This document shows positions 51,320-61,411 of a stretch of DNA of 64,000 nt, piece after piece. The stretch comes from Sulfurospirillaceae bacterium. GTDB lineage: Bacteria; Campylobacterota; Campylobacteria; Campylobacterales; Sulfurospirillaceae. The stretch covers positions 288,001-352,000 of the forward strand of contig JAWVXD010000003.1 of the NCBI GenBank assembly GCA_033723415.1. Reading direction: 5' to 3'. Every line of letters starts with the position of its first letter. The stretch's first letter is position 1. The notes under the pieces are model-generated. The model was given only the letters and a program-made list of their open reading frames with translations. It was not told where the DNA came from and ran no database searches. The position numbers and the translations under genes are program-made.

Positions 51320-53323
51320 TCAGAACTTATATTTTAAATTGAAATATACATATCTTCCAGGTTCATTTAGAAGCATTACATTTCCGGTACTGCCATCTGA
51401 AAGTAAACTTAGATCTGCATATGTATTTGATACTGCATAAGTTTTATCAAAGAGATTGTCTATACCGACAGTCGCTTCAATATTTTTATGAAATGTTTTC
51501 TGAGCCCGTATGTTGATAATCCCATATCCCGGTATCTTTTGTTCACCGTTGTCTGCATCATACTCACTCCAGCTTTTAGCTGCGATCAATTCTACTCTGG
51601 CTTTTGTTGTACTGTTGTAGTTATAGTTTAGTGCTATATTTGTTTTGAGCGGTGGAATATCAGCTAGATCTTTGCTTGTTTGTCCTGCAAGAGGTTGATC
51701 TTTCCTTCCTCTTTGATATGCCAGACCATAGTCTATATATAAGTTATCGCTAAGATCGTATGAACCACTGATTTCTAAGCCATAGATCTTAGCATCAATA
51801 TTTTCAAAGGCATGTGGTGTTTGACCTTTGTGGAAATAGATGTAATTATTTAATATACTATAAAATGCTTTTGATTTTATGTATCCGCTGTCAAAATCTT
51901 TTTGTGCACCTATATCAAATTCGGTATTGTGTGTCTGTTTTAGAGTTGGAGTACCGATAAGTCCACCTTTCCAAAAGTATAATTCTCTTGCATCGGGAAC
52001 TCTGGATGAATTGCCAAGTCCTGCAAAAAGTTTTAAATCAGTATTTATCTTATAGGTCGCCAGTACATTTGCACTTAGAGCATTAAAATATCTGTCTTCA
52101 TATGATGCATTCGCCGTGCTGATTTTTGTATGATCGTATCTTGCACCAAATTGTAGATTTAGTTTTTTTGTTAAATTTCTGTTGTATTTTGCAAATAGAG
52201 CAGAGTTTATAGTATCTACATCGTCTATAGATTTTTTTCCAGTCATTCCTGCAGTTGTTCCATTGCCTATATAGTATCCATTCCAATTTCTTTTACTTGC
52301 ATCCAGACCAAGAGTAAATAATCCACCGTTTAAGTCCATGTCGTTTATGATCTTTGCACCAGTCATTTCTGTTGTAAGCAAGCTTGTTAATTCGTTTACA
52401 AAATTTACACCTGAGTTTACTCTGTATTTTGTACTCATTGGATGTTTTACTTTTGAATTGTATGCTTGAAGTTGTAATCTCTTAGATAGTTTACCAAGCC
52501 CAAGAATCGTGTATTTGAAGTTGAAGATATCGCTATTGTCATAGAGTGCATCCATACCGGTATTTGGATAGAGTATATTGTCGCTTCTGTTTCTTGTATA
52601 GCTTAGTTCTAAATCTTGGTTCTCGGAAACTTTTATAAAAGTTTTAGCCATCATACTTGTTTTCACAAAAGCTTTCATATCTTTGTATTCAGGTTTGAGT
52701 TGATTCATAGCAGGAGCTTTATCCTCAAGCTGCTGTGCAAAAGTTTTGCCATCACCGTCTTTATATTGATCACTGCTCTCTTTTGAACCTGTTATGATAA
52801 ATCTTATCTTGTCGTTTCCTCCACTTAACGTAGTACCTATTTTTTTGTAGTTAAAACTTCCAAGATTTGTATATACATTGCCATGAAATCCCTCTTGCGG
52901 TTTTTTAGTCTCAACTTTGACACTGCCGCTTAATACGCCAAAATCTTCTACATTGTATGGTCCTTCACTTACAACTACATTGTCGATATTAGAGACAACG
53001 ATATGAGAGGTTGGAGGATCCATCCTATTTGGACATGCACCATATACTTTTGCATCATCAACAGTTACTACAATATTGTCTCTCTTCTGTCCGCGAAGGA
53101 TTATATCATTTGCAATTCCGCTTCTTCTGACAATTTCTATGCTTGGAGTTTGTTTATAAAGCGCATCTGCCAGATCAGCGCTCTTTATCTCTTCTTTACT
53201 GATGTCTTCAATAACCTTGCTCTTGGCAAGTCCTGATACTTCTATTGTGCCCAGATCTGTAGCATACGCATTTAAACATAATGCACATATCACAGACAAA
53301 CATATTTTTTTGTTCATACCCAT
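51320..53323 (-). CDS. TonB-dependent receptor, OprC-like (putative copper receptor)
   Basis: Plug motif GACPNRMDPP (CxxxM as in OprC), HPM, C-terminal EPGR...YKF; start may be 53317. Confidence 0.8.
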   Translation of the reverse strand: MGMNKKICLSVICALCLNAYATDLGTIEVSGLAKSKVIEDISKEEIKSADLADALYKQTPSIEIVRRSGIANDIILRGQKRDNIVVTVDDAKVYGACPNRMDPPTSHIVVSNIDNVVVSEGPYNVEDFGVLSGSVKVETKKPQEGFHGNVYTNLGSFNYKKIGTTLSGGNDKIRFIITGSKESSDQYKDGDGKTFAQQLEDKAPAMNQLKPEYKDMKAFVKTSMMAKTFIKVSENQDLELSYTRNRSDNILYPNTGMDALYDNSDIFNFKYTILGLGKLSKRLQLQAYNSKVKHPMSTKYRVNSGVNFVNELTSLLTTEMTGAKIINDMDLNGGLFTLGLDASKRNWNGYYIGNGTTAGMTGKKSIDDVDTINSALFAKYNRNLTKKLNLQFGARYDHTKISTANASYEDRYFNALSANVLATYKINTDLKLFAGLGNSSRVPDARELYFWKGGLIGTPTLKQTHNTEFDIGAQKDFDSGYIKSKAFYSILNNYIYFHKGQTPHAFENIDAKIYGLEISGSYDLSDNLYIDYGLAYQRGRKDQPLAGQTSKDLADIPPLKTNIALNYNYNSTTKARVELIAAKSWSEYDADNGEQKIPGYGIINIRAQKTFHKNIEATVGIDNLFDKTYAVSNTYADLSLLSDGSTGNVMLLNEPGRYVYFNLKYKF

Positions 53324-53393
53324 TCCTTTTATAAGTTTCGATAATATGGAATATTACAAAAAGAGTGTTAAATATGTATAAAATGATTTTTTG

Positions 53394-53431
53394 TTTTGGA
53401 GCTTGTCTTATGTATAAAGAAAGCTCCAAAA
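53394..53431 (-). terminator. Hairpin after the polyferredoxin gene
   Basis: ttttggagctt-N16-aagctccaaaa; no clear U-tract on the minus strand. Confidence 0.5.
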
Positions 53432-53435
53432 CCTT

Positions 53436-54872
53436 TTATATCTTAGCTTTTTGCTTTTTTGAAAGATTATGATGCATATGTTGCATTGGTTTTGCTCCAT
53501 ATGTTTTAAATGCATATACTTTATATATATTTAGTCCAAGATAAAATATTATTAACCCTGAGGCTACTACAAAAGCTATGGTCTTTGCAATTTTGCTTGC
53601 CTTAAAAAGATTGACTCTTCCGGCTAAAATTATAAAAGACCAAATTACTGCAACATAATTCATAATCGAAAATATTTTTAGCCATCCATCACGCATAGTA
53701 GCTAAAGGTTTTACAGGCTGAATATCTAAGTTAAAGCCTTGGGCGAAACCATTGATAATGTTGCTATAGTGATGTATGAAGAAAAATTCACCTATGTGTG
53801 AAAGCCCTCCAATTATAAAAATAGGTATAAAAGAATATGATAAAGAGTAAAAAACTTTTTTAAACTCTGTTTTTAATGCTATTGAGGCGATATACATACC
53901 TGCAAATACAATTATCAACGTTGATAAAGTTGCATACATCATAGCGCTTATACCGATGTAATCAATATTTGGAATACCGATCAGTTGTTCTAATGCTTTC
54001 CCTGTTTTAACCCAAATAAATTGATCACTTATAGAGACTCTGCCTAAGGCATGATGCAGACTCATTGTCATGGTGATTGCGATAGTTATAAAAATAATGG
54101 CCCATATTTCACCTTTATGTACTTTAAAGTTATGAAAAAGGGAAAAAGATGGTTTTTTAACCTTAAAACTTATGGACTCACAAGCATTTGCACAATCCAT
54201 ACATAAAGTACAATCATCCATAGATACTTTTTTGTCAAATGTAAATGGTTTCAAATTGTATGAACAAGCACTGTTACATTCAAATGTAGTACACTTTTGG
54301 CAGGTTTCTTTATATGTGCCAAGCCAAGTAAATGATACCTTAGAAAAAGCTCTAGTCGTTGATCCTATAGGACAAATAGATTTGCAATATGCCATATCAT
54401 CATAAATAAAGAAAAAACTAAAAGCGGCAATACTCATGACCAAAAAAAGAGTAGAAGATGCAAGTGGAGACCTATAAGTATTAGGATACGCATAGTACAC
54501 AACCCAAAATCCAACGATAAGAAGAGTAACACCTATCAAAGGATTTTGTAAAAATTTTGGCATTTTTTTTCTCAAACCATATTTGTTAATTAATCTGCCT
54601 AAAAAGCCATGCGGACAAATACCACAAAATATCCTGCCAAAAGAAGAAAGAGAAATAACCATAAAAAATGGCCAGAAAAGTGACCAAAATACAGCAGTAG
54701 TAAATATATTATCTTCTTTTGAAGGATGAATAAAACCGTAAATCAACGCATAAATAAAAAGAAAACTCACGACTAATTTTAAAATATTTAAAAACAAATG
54801 ATTTTTAAATATAAATCTAAATACAGGTATTCTAAAAAGGTCATTGATATCTCTTTTTTGGTGCTTTACCAT
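53436..54872 (-). CDS. Polytopic membrane 4Fe-4S protein (NosR/NapH/CcoG-like ferredoxin module)
   Basis: FCGICPHG, YCKSICPIG, CQKCTTFECNSAC, CTLCMDCANAC; many TM helices; His/Met C-tail. Confidence 0.85.
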   Translation of the reverse strand: MVKHQKRDINDLFRIPVFRFIFKNHLFLNILKLVVSFLFIYALIYGFIHPSKEDNIFTTAVFWSLFWPFFMVISLSSFGRIFCGICPHGFLGRLINKYGLRKKMPKFLQNPLIGVTLLIVGFWVVYYAYPNTYRSPLASSTLFLVMSIAAFSFFFIYDDMAYCKSICPIGSTTRAFSKVSFTWLGTYKETCQKCTTFECNSACSYNLKPFTFDKKVSMDDCTLCMDCANACESISFKVKKPSFSLFHNFKVHKGEIWAIIFITIAITMTMSLHHALGRVSISDQFIWVKTGKALEQLIGIPNIDYIGISAMMYATLSTLIIVFAGMYIASIALKTEFKKVFYSLSYSFIPIFIIGGLSHIGEFFFIHHYSNIINGFAQGFNLDIQPVKPLATMRDGWLKIFSIMNYVAVIWSFIILAGRVNLFKASKIAKTIAFVVASGLIIFYLGLNIYKVYAFKTYGAKPMQHMHHNLSKKQKAKI

Positions 54873-54883
54873 ATCTAAATCCT

Positions 54884-56986
54884 TTAAAATTTATAATTAT
54901 ATGTAACCATAAAACTTCTTGGTGCAGCAGCTTTATATGTTTCATTTCCATATACGTCTTTTGTCGCTTCCATTGCGTAATGTTTGTCAAATATATTTTG
55001 TACGTTTAACTGAATAGACTGAGTTTTTTTCCAGACATATCCGATCATCAAATCTGTAACGAAGTTATATCCTTCATATTTTTGAGTGTTTGCGTTGTCC
55101 ATATAGTAGCTGCCCCAACTTTTTGTTTGAATCCTAGCTTTGAATCCATTGTTCATTCTATATGTTACGTTTAAAGAATATAAGTTTTTTGGTATATATG
55201 GAAGGTAATTTCCATTTCTGCTTACAAAAGTTGAGCCGACTTTTTCCTCGAAATTTACATATCTAAAGTCACTATATGCATATGAAAAACCAAAACTTAA
55301 TTCATGATTGGCTTGATAGTTTCCGTTTAATTCTATTCCTCTTTTTCTTGTTTTTCCGGCATTATCGTATACTGAATTTCCATTGGCATCTTTGATTTGT
55401 ATAATCTCATCTGAGACATCATTTTGATAAATGGCAAGGTCATAAGAAAAATTTTCTTTTCTCGTTTTTATACCTACTTCATAATTGACACTTTTCGATT
55501 TATTTAAATTATTATTGTCAATAAGTTCACTTGTGGCAGGTGCTTGATTTGCCATTGCAATAGAAGCATAGACATTTGTATAATCAGATATCGCATAGGT
55601 ACTTCCTAGCTTTGAAGAGAATAGGGTGTATGCTTTGTCTATATTGTACAATCCAATTCCAGGAACATAGTTTTTAGTTGCATAATCATATGCGGTGATC
55701 TCATCTCCGTTAATGTTAAAAGAAATATTGTCTATCCTAGCACTTAAATCAACACTTAGCGGCTTTAGCGGTGAAAATGTTTCCATAAAATATAATCCAT
55801 AAAGCGATGATGTACTGTCTTCTGTGGAAGCCAAACTTCCCTCTACATTTGACAAAGTTTTACTTATATATGGAGCAAAAGGCCAACTTGTTGCAACTGC
55901 AGTTTCATAATCAGCATATTCATATTTTTTTGCACCTCTTGTTCTATCTTGTTTTGCAGTAACACCAAAAACTAAAGTGGCTTTATTCGAAAAAAGTCTA
56001 TGATTGTAATCAGTTTCTAAATCTGTGCCATAAACGTTATTGTTATTACTATCATTTATTATTCCTGTTACAGGATGAAAATGCCCCCAGTGATTGAAAT
56101 AAAATCTTGGTTTAAATGTCCAATCTTTGATTTGTTTTTCATATTTTGCATTTGCTGACAAGATCTTTGAGTTTCTTTCACTATTTTGCCATTGGTATGA
56201 TGTGTCGTGTTCTTCTCCTGTTTCTTTGAATATTTGAAATTCAGATGCAGTCATAGAAGGGGGGATCTGCATATTTGATTCTGTATATGAAAGTTCTGTT
56301 TCAAGAGATGAATCGTCTTTAAAATAATGCCCGTATTTCAATGTTCCTTGAGTCGTATCAAAATTATTATTATCTCTCCAGCTATTATCTATTTTTCTGT
56401 GAGAAAAGTAAAATGATGTAAAATCATTTTCTCCAAGAGCCTTTCTCAAGCTAATATGTACATTCCTTTGTCCATCATCACCAATACCTAATTTGATGCT
56501 ATTTTTGCCTTTTGCAAAAACTGATTTTGTGATAAGCTGTATAACTCCGCCGGTAGTGTTGACTGCATTTATAGAACCTGGTCCTTTTTGTACTTCTATA
56601 CTATCTATATCTTGCATATCTATAAAATCAAATCTTGTGAAAGAATCAGGATCAGTCATCGGAATACCGTCTTTCATGACCATTATCTCTCTCACTCCGT
56701 ATCTTGCTTTAAGTCCTGCACCTCTTATGATCAATCTTGGACTTGGCGAGTTGGTTGAACTTTCTGCATTTACTCCCGGTATATTTTCTAAAGCTTCAGA
56801 TATATTGAGTATATTTTTATCCTCAATAGTCTTTTTATCTACAACAGCAATGGATTGAGAAACTTCTTTTGTGCCTCTTTTTATCTTAGTAGCCGTAACG
56901 CTTATAGTGTCCAGATTGATCGCATCTGAAAAAAGCATGGCCGGAGCCAATGCTGATGCAATTAACAAATACTTAATTTTTACCAT
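54884..56986 (-). CDS. TonB-dependent receptor, substrate unknown
   Basis: Signal peptide, TonB box (DTISVTA), IEVQKGPGS plug, NIFDKHY, C-terminal YKF. Confidence 0.92.
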   Translation of the reverse strand: MVKIKYLLIASALAPAMLFSDAINLDTISVTATKIKRGTKEVSQSIAVVDKKTIEDKNILNISEALENIPGVNAESSTNSPSPRLIIRGAGLKARYGVREIMVMKDGIPMTDPDSFTRFDFIDMQDIDSIEVQKGPGSINAVNTTGGVIQLITKSVFAKGKNSIKLGIGDDGQRNVHISLRKALGENDFTSFYFSHRKIDNSWRDNNNFDTTQGTLKYGHYFKDDSSLETELSYTESNMQIPPSMTASEFQIFKETGEEHDTSYQWQNSERNSKILSANAKYEKQIKDWTFKPRFYFNHWGHFHPVTGIINDSNNNNVYGTDLETDYNHRLFSNKATLVFGVTAKQDRTRGAKKYEYADYETAVATSWPFAPYISKTLSNVEGSLASTEDSTSSLYGLYFMETFSPLKPLSVDLSARIDNISFNINGDEITAYDYATKNYVPGIGLYNIDKAYTLFSSKLGSTYAISDYTNVYASIAMANQAPATSELIDNNNLNKSKSVNYEVGIKTRKENFSYDLAIYQNDVSDEIIQIKDANGNSVYDNAGKTRKRGIELNGNYQANHELSFGFSYAYSDFRYVNFEEKVGSTFVSRNGNYLPYIPKNLYSLNVTYRMNNGFKARIQTKSWGSYYMDNANTQKYEGYNFVTDLMIGYVWKKTQSIQLNVQNIFDKHYAMEATKDVYGNETYKAAAPRSFMVTYNYKF

Positions 56987-57237
56987 GAAACATCCTTCTT
57001 ATAAATTTTGTCTTTTTCTCAAAAATTCCAAAAGATTAGCCCACACTAAATTTGGATTTTTGTACACACAGTCTTTGAAAACACAAAAGTTTATTTAAAG
57101 ATTGTTAAATATATATTAAATAAATTAAAGATTATTATATGAATTATTTATATGAAAAAAATTTTAATTTTTTGTTGTCTTGTAGATTTAAAAAGGATAA
57201 CACTGTCACAAAAAAGCCACAATGCTATCCCATTTGA

Positions 57238-57666
57238 TTAGTGTGAGTTTATCATCCAGATAGAAAAAATATCCAAATAGTTCCATAATGACTGCTTTAG
57301 ATCATCTCTTAAGTCAAGATTTTGAAAAACTATCATATATGATTCTAACCAAACTCTTCTCGCTTCAGGAGTGATCTTAAACGGAGCATGTCGTGATGCC
57401 ATTCTTGGTGCACCTCTTGATTGATCAAAATATCTTGGTCCTCCACAAATCTGTATAAAGAAATCAGCCGAGTGCTTTTTTGCCATCTCTATTCCCTCAT
57501 CGGTAGGAGGAAAAAGATCTTTTATGCTACTGACTCTCAAAATATCATAATGATCTGAAATCATTTTTCGCATACCTTCTTCACCAAGATGTTCTAAAAC
57601 AAGAGGGCTTGGAATCTGCACTTGAGGTCTCGTCCCAGGAAGTGCTTGAGTTATAGTGTATTGCAT
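57238..57666 (-). CDS. Truncated (2/2) hemoglobin, group II-like
   Basis: LGEEGMRKMISDHY, FFIQICGGPRYF, RHAPFKIT...WL. Confidence 0.85.
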   Translation of the reverse strand: MQYTITQALPGTRPQVQIPSPLVLEHLGEEGMRKMISDHYDILRVSSIKDLFPPTDEGIEMAKKHSADFFIQICGGPRYFDQSRGAPRMASRHAPFKITPEARRVWLESYMIVFQNLDLRDDLKQSLWNYLDIFSIWMINSH

Positions 57667-57684
57667 TGTTTGCCTTTGTTTATT

Positions 57685-58200
57685 TTAGAAAAGAGACTTG
57701 ATGTCTTTTGCTATGGAAGCTTCAGGTTGCATCCCAAGATAAGTTTTTACTGCATTTCCTTCTTTGTCAAAGAGGATTGAATAAGGAATTTGTCCACCCC
57801 ATCCAGTCTTTTGAGTTATGAAATTTGCAAAATCAAACACTTTATTCGATGATGGGATCACAGTGTAATTCATGTTATGTGATGTAACAAAATTTGTTAA
57901 TTCTTGTTTTGTCATTTTTTGCTGTACATGCATAGCGACTATTTGAAAATTTTTAGAGTATTCTTTCTGAATTTTCACTAGTTCCGGTATCTCTGCCAAA
58001 CAAGGTGGGCAGTATCTTCCAAAAAAAGCCAGAAGAACAACTTTTCCCTTATAATTAGGAAAGTATACTCCGTTGTTCATGGTTTGAAGTTCTATACTCT
58101 TATTCTTTGAGTCTTTAAAATTGTATGTTTTTAAAATATCTTTAGCTTGTAAAGTGATACTTAAAAATGCAATCATTATAAGAATTGTTATTTTTTTCAT
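57685..58200 (-). CDS. Exported TlpA-family thiol:disulfide oxidoreductase
   Basis: Signal peptide, YCPPCLAEIPEL, IP cis-Pro motif. Confidence 0.88.
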   Translation of the reverse strand: MKKITILIMIAFLSITLQAKDILKTYNFKDSKNKSIELQTMNNGVYFPNYKGKVVLLAFFGRYCPPCLAEIPELVKIQKEYSKNFQIVAMHVQQKMTKQELTNFVTSHNMNYTVIPSSNKVFDFANFITQKTGWGGQIPYSILFDKEGNAVKTYLGMQPEASIAKDIKSLF

Positions 58201-58266
58201 GTTTTCCTCTTTATCAAAAATTATTTTATTATCATATGGTTATATAATTAATATTTTTTAAACACT

Positions 58267-59367
58267 CTATACATTGAATCTAAAGTGCATAACATCGCCG
58301 TCTTTCACTATGTAGTCTTTACCTTCAAGTCTCATCTTGCCTGCTTCTTTTGCACCGTTCTCACCTTTATAAGTGATAAAATCTTCATAACTTATAACTT
58401 CCGCACGAATGAAACCTTTTTCAAAGTCATTGTGAATTACTGATGCAGCTTTTGGGGCTTTCCAACCTTTTTCAATAGTCCAAGCTCTGACTTCTTTGAC
58501 GCCTGCTGTGAAGTAGCTGATTAGATTTAATTTGTCAAAAGCAGTATGGATTATCTTGTTCAATCCTGATTCTTCAACGCCAAGGTCTGATAGGAATTCT
58601 TGAGCTTCTTCCTCTTCTAAAGTCACCAATTCTTCCTCGATTTTTGCACAAAGCGTAATAACGTCAGCACCGACTTCTTTTGCATGATCTTTTACAATCT
58701 GTACTAGTGCATTATCTTCTAATAATGAATCTTCATCAACGTTAGCTCCATAGATAATGGCTTTGCCTGACAAAAATCTTAACTCTTTATTTAAATCTAT
58801 AAATAATTCATCATCTTTTTTTGCAAAATTACTCACAGGTCTTAATTCGTCTAGATGTGCTTTTAATTCAAATGCGATGTCTAATATAGCTTTTGCAGAT
58901 TTATCAAATTTTGCTTGACGATTTAGTTTGTCAATCTTTTTATCAAGCTGCTCTACATCTGCCAGAATTAACTCGGTTTCTATGATCTCTATATCTCTCA
59001 AAGGATTTACACTGCCTTCGACATGCACGACATTTTCATCTTCAAAACATCTAACCATATGAAGTATTACTTCCACTTCTCTTATATTAGATAAAAATTT
59101 ATTACCTAGTCCTTCACCCTTACTCGCACCTTTTACAAGTCCGGCAATATCTACAAAGTCAACCGTAGAGTATTGTAGTCTCTCAGGATTTACTATTTTT
59201 GCCAGTTCTGCTAGTCTTGGATCAGGCACCGGAACTACTGCTTTGTTTGGCTCTATCGTACAAAAAGGATAATTTTCACTTTGTGCATTTTGTGCTTTTG
59301 TTAAAGCATTGAAAGTTGTTGATTTACCTATATTTGGAAGTCCTACTATTCCTACACCTAATCCCAT
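58267..59367 (-). CDS. ychF: Redox-regulated ATPase YchF
   Basis: GLPNIGKST, NYPFCTIEPN, DIAGLV, DGDVMHFRFNV; ATG at 59367 overlaps the pepA stop. Confidence 0.97.
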   Translation of the reverse strand: MGLGVGIVGLPNIGKSTTFNALTKAQNAQSENYPFCTIEPNKAVVPVPDPRLAELAKIVNPERLQYSTVDFVDIAGLVKGASKGEGLGNKFLSNIREVEVILHMVRCFEDENVVHVEGSVNPLRDIEIIETELILADVEQLDKKIDKLNRQAKFDKSAKAILDIAFELKAHLDELRPVSNFAKKDDELFIDLNKELRFLSGKAIIYGANVDEDSLLEDNALVQIVKDHAKEVGADVITLCAKIEEELVTLEEEEAQEFLSDLGVEESGLNKIIHTAFDKLNLISYFTAGVKEVRAWTIEKGWKAPKAASVIHNDFEKGFIRAEVISYEDFITYKGENGAKEAGKMRLEGKDYIVKDGDVMHFRFNV

Positions 59368-60818
59368 TATACGTTTTCCTTTGCTTGTTCTATCATCCAG
59401 TATGTACACATCCTAACACCTGCTCCACTTGCTCCACATTGGTTATATCCCCAGTCTTTTTCTATATAAGCAGGTCCGGCAATGTCGAGATGAAGCCACT
59501 TATCTTTAAAATCATCTCTTATGAAATTATCTAAAAACAATCCTGCAGTGATCGCACCACCGTATCTTGAACTTGATATGTTAGACATATCGGCAACATT
59601 ACTTTTTAAAAGTTTTTTTAGATAGTTATTAAAAGGCAGAGTCGCTGCGAGTTCTCCACTTTTTTCTGCTGCTGACAAAAAAGTCTCTTTTAGAGTATTA
59701 CTGTGACCCATGACACCGCTTGTATACTCACCGAGTGCTACAACACAAGCACCGGTAAGAGTCGCAAGGTCAAACATAGCATCTGGTTTTAGATCTTGTG
59801 CGTAATCCAAACAATCAGCCAAGACCAATCTTCCCTCGGCATCAGTATTTCTTACTTCTATGCTTTTCCCGTTTCTTGATATAAGTACATCATCAGGTTT
59901 ATAGGCATTGCCTCCTATCATATTTTCTGCTGCACCTATGATTGAATGTACTTCAAAAGGCAGTTTTAAAAGTGCTGCAGCTCTGATTATATTTATAGCT
60001 GCGGCCGCACCACTTTTATCAGCTTTCATACTAACCATATGCTCACTTGGTTTTAAGCTTAACCCACCGCTGTCGTAAGTTAAACCTTTTCCTACAAAAA
60101 CAAATCTTTTCTTTGCATTTTTTGGTTTGTAACTTAGATGTATGAGTCTCGGCTTTTCTGAACTTGCTCTGCTAACTGCTAAAAATGCTCCCATCTTTTC
60201 TTTTTTCAAAAACTTTTCATCCCCGATAAAGCACTCTATCGCATCTATCTCATCGGTCATCTTTTGTGCATATTCTGCTAATTTTACCGGAGTCATATCA
60301 TAAGGTACGGTGTTTATGATATCTTTTGCATGATTTGTGGCTTTTGATATGATCTGAGCATTTGAGATATATTCTTTTGCTTTTTCAGTGTTTATCTCTT
60401 GATTGTTATACTCTTCAGTTGATATAAAAATATTTTTTATGTGATTTGTATCTTTTTTACTTTTATATTTGTCAAAATAATAACTTCCAAGTAAAAATCC
60501 ATCTACTATGGCCCCTGCATTTATTTCATTTTCATAAAATCCTATTTTTACATTTTTAACATTGATCTTCTTGATAGCTTTGTATGCACTTGCAACTGCT
60601 AGTCTAATATCATCACAATCTAGAGAGTCCGATACGGCATATACTCTTTTTTGAACAGGAAGATATATAGTTTCTTCACTTCTGCCTTTAAAATCAGTGT
60701 CCTCTAGTATCTCTTTGTCTAAGACCCATTTATGATCTAGATTTTTATTTAAGACTAAAATGATCTCACAGTCTGCTTTTATATTTTTTAATTCATCTTT
60801 TACTAATTTAAAATTCAT
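59367..60818 (-). CDS. pepA: Leucyl aminopeptidase (M17)
   Basis: GKGLTYDSGG, NTDAEGRL, DLATLTGA, HLDIAG. Confidence 0.96.
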   Translation of the reverse strand: MNFKLVKDELKNIKADCEIILVLNKNLDHKWVLDKEILEDTDFKGRSEETIYLPVQKRVYAVSDSLDCDDIRLAVASAYKAIKKINVKNVKIGFYENEINAGAIVDGFLLGSYYFDKYKSKKDTNHIKNIFISTEEYNNQEINTEKAKEYISNAQIISKATNHAKDIINTVPYDMTPVKLAEYAQKMTDEIDAIECFIGDEKFLKKEKMGAFLAVSRASSEKPRLIHLSYKPKNAKKRFVFVGKGLTYDSGGLSLKPSEHMVSMKADKSGAAAAINIIRAAALLKLPFEVHSIIGAAENMIGGNAYKPDDVLISRNGKSIEVRNTDAEGRLVLADCLDYAQDLKPDAMFDLATLTGACVVALGEYTSGVMGHSNTLKETFLSAAEKSGELAATLPFNNYLKKLLKSNVADMSNISSSRYGGAITAGLFLDNFIRDDFKDKWLHLDIAGPAYIEKDWGYNQCGASGAGVRMCTYWMIEQAKENV

Positions 60819-61399
60819 ATTTTTACCTTTTCTTTAATTTTACGTTCTGTTACTTTGTGGAAATAATAGTATATTCCTCCTCCTGTGATTGCAGCAAGTG
60901 GAAGTGCAAAGTACCAATGAGCCTTTGCCCAGTGTATGACGATCAATATCTCTTGTCCAAAGAACCATGCCGGCGTTATCGTAACGGCAGCCCAGCACCA
61001 AGCACTTAGTAGATTTATAATTGCGAATTTTTTAGCACTGTATCTAGTAAGTCCTATTGAAATAGGTATGATAGTTCTCATACCATACATATATCTTTGA
61101 GAAAATATAATCGGCCAACCGTTCTTTTTCAATAAAATATGAGCAAATGCAAATTTTCTTCTTTGCCCCCTAAATTTTCTATAAACATATTTTTTATTAT
61201 ATCGCCCGATATAAAAATATATCTGGTCTCCCGTAAATCCCCCAAGACCTGCTATAAATATTGCCAATGCCAAGTTCATGTTCCCTGTATGAGACATAAT
61301 TCCTGCCATAATAAGGCCCATTTCGCCTTCTAGGATGCTCCAAAAATATAGTATGATATAACCATAATGTTGTAATAATTCTATGAGATATGCTTCCAA
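60815..61399 (-). CDS. DedA family membrane protein
   Basis: LEGE, GDQIYFYIGR, RYMYGMR; TTG start. Confidence 0.9.
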   Translation of the reverse strand: MEAYLIELLQHYGYIILYFWSILEGEMGLIMAGIMSHTGNMNLALAIFIAGLGGFTGDQIYFYIGRYNKKYVYRKFRGQRRKFAFAHILLKKNGWPIIFSQRYMYGMRTIIPISIGLTRYSAKKFAIINLLSAWCWAAVTITPAWFFGQEILIVIHWAKAHWYFALPLAAITGGGIYYYFHKVTERKIKEKVKI

Positions 61400-61411
61400 G
61401 TTTTTCCTTCT

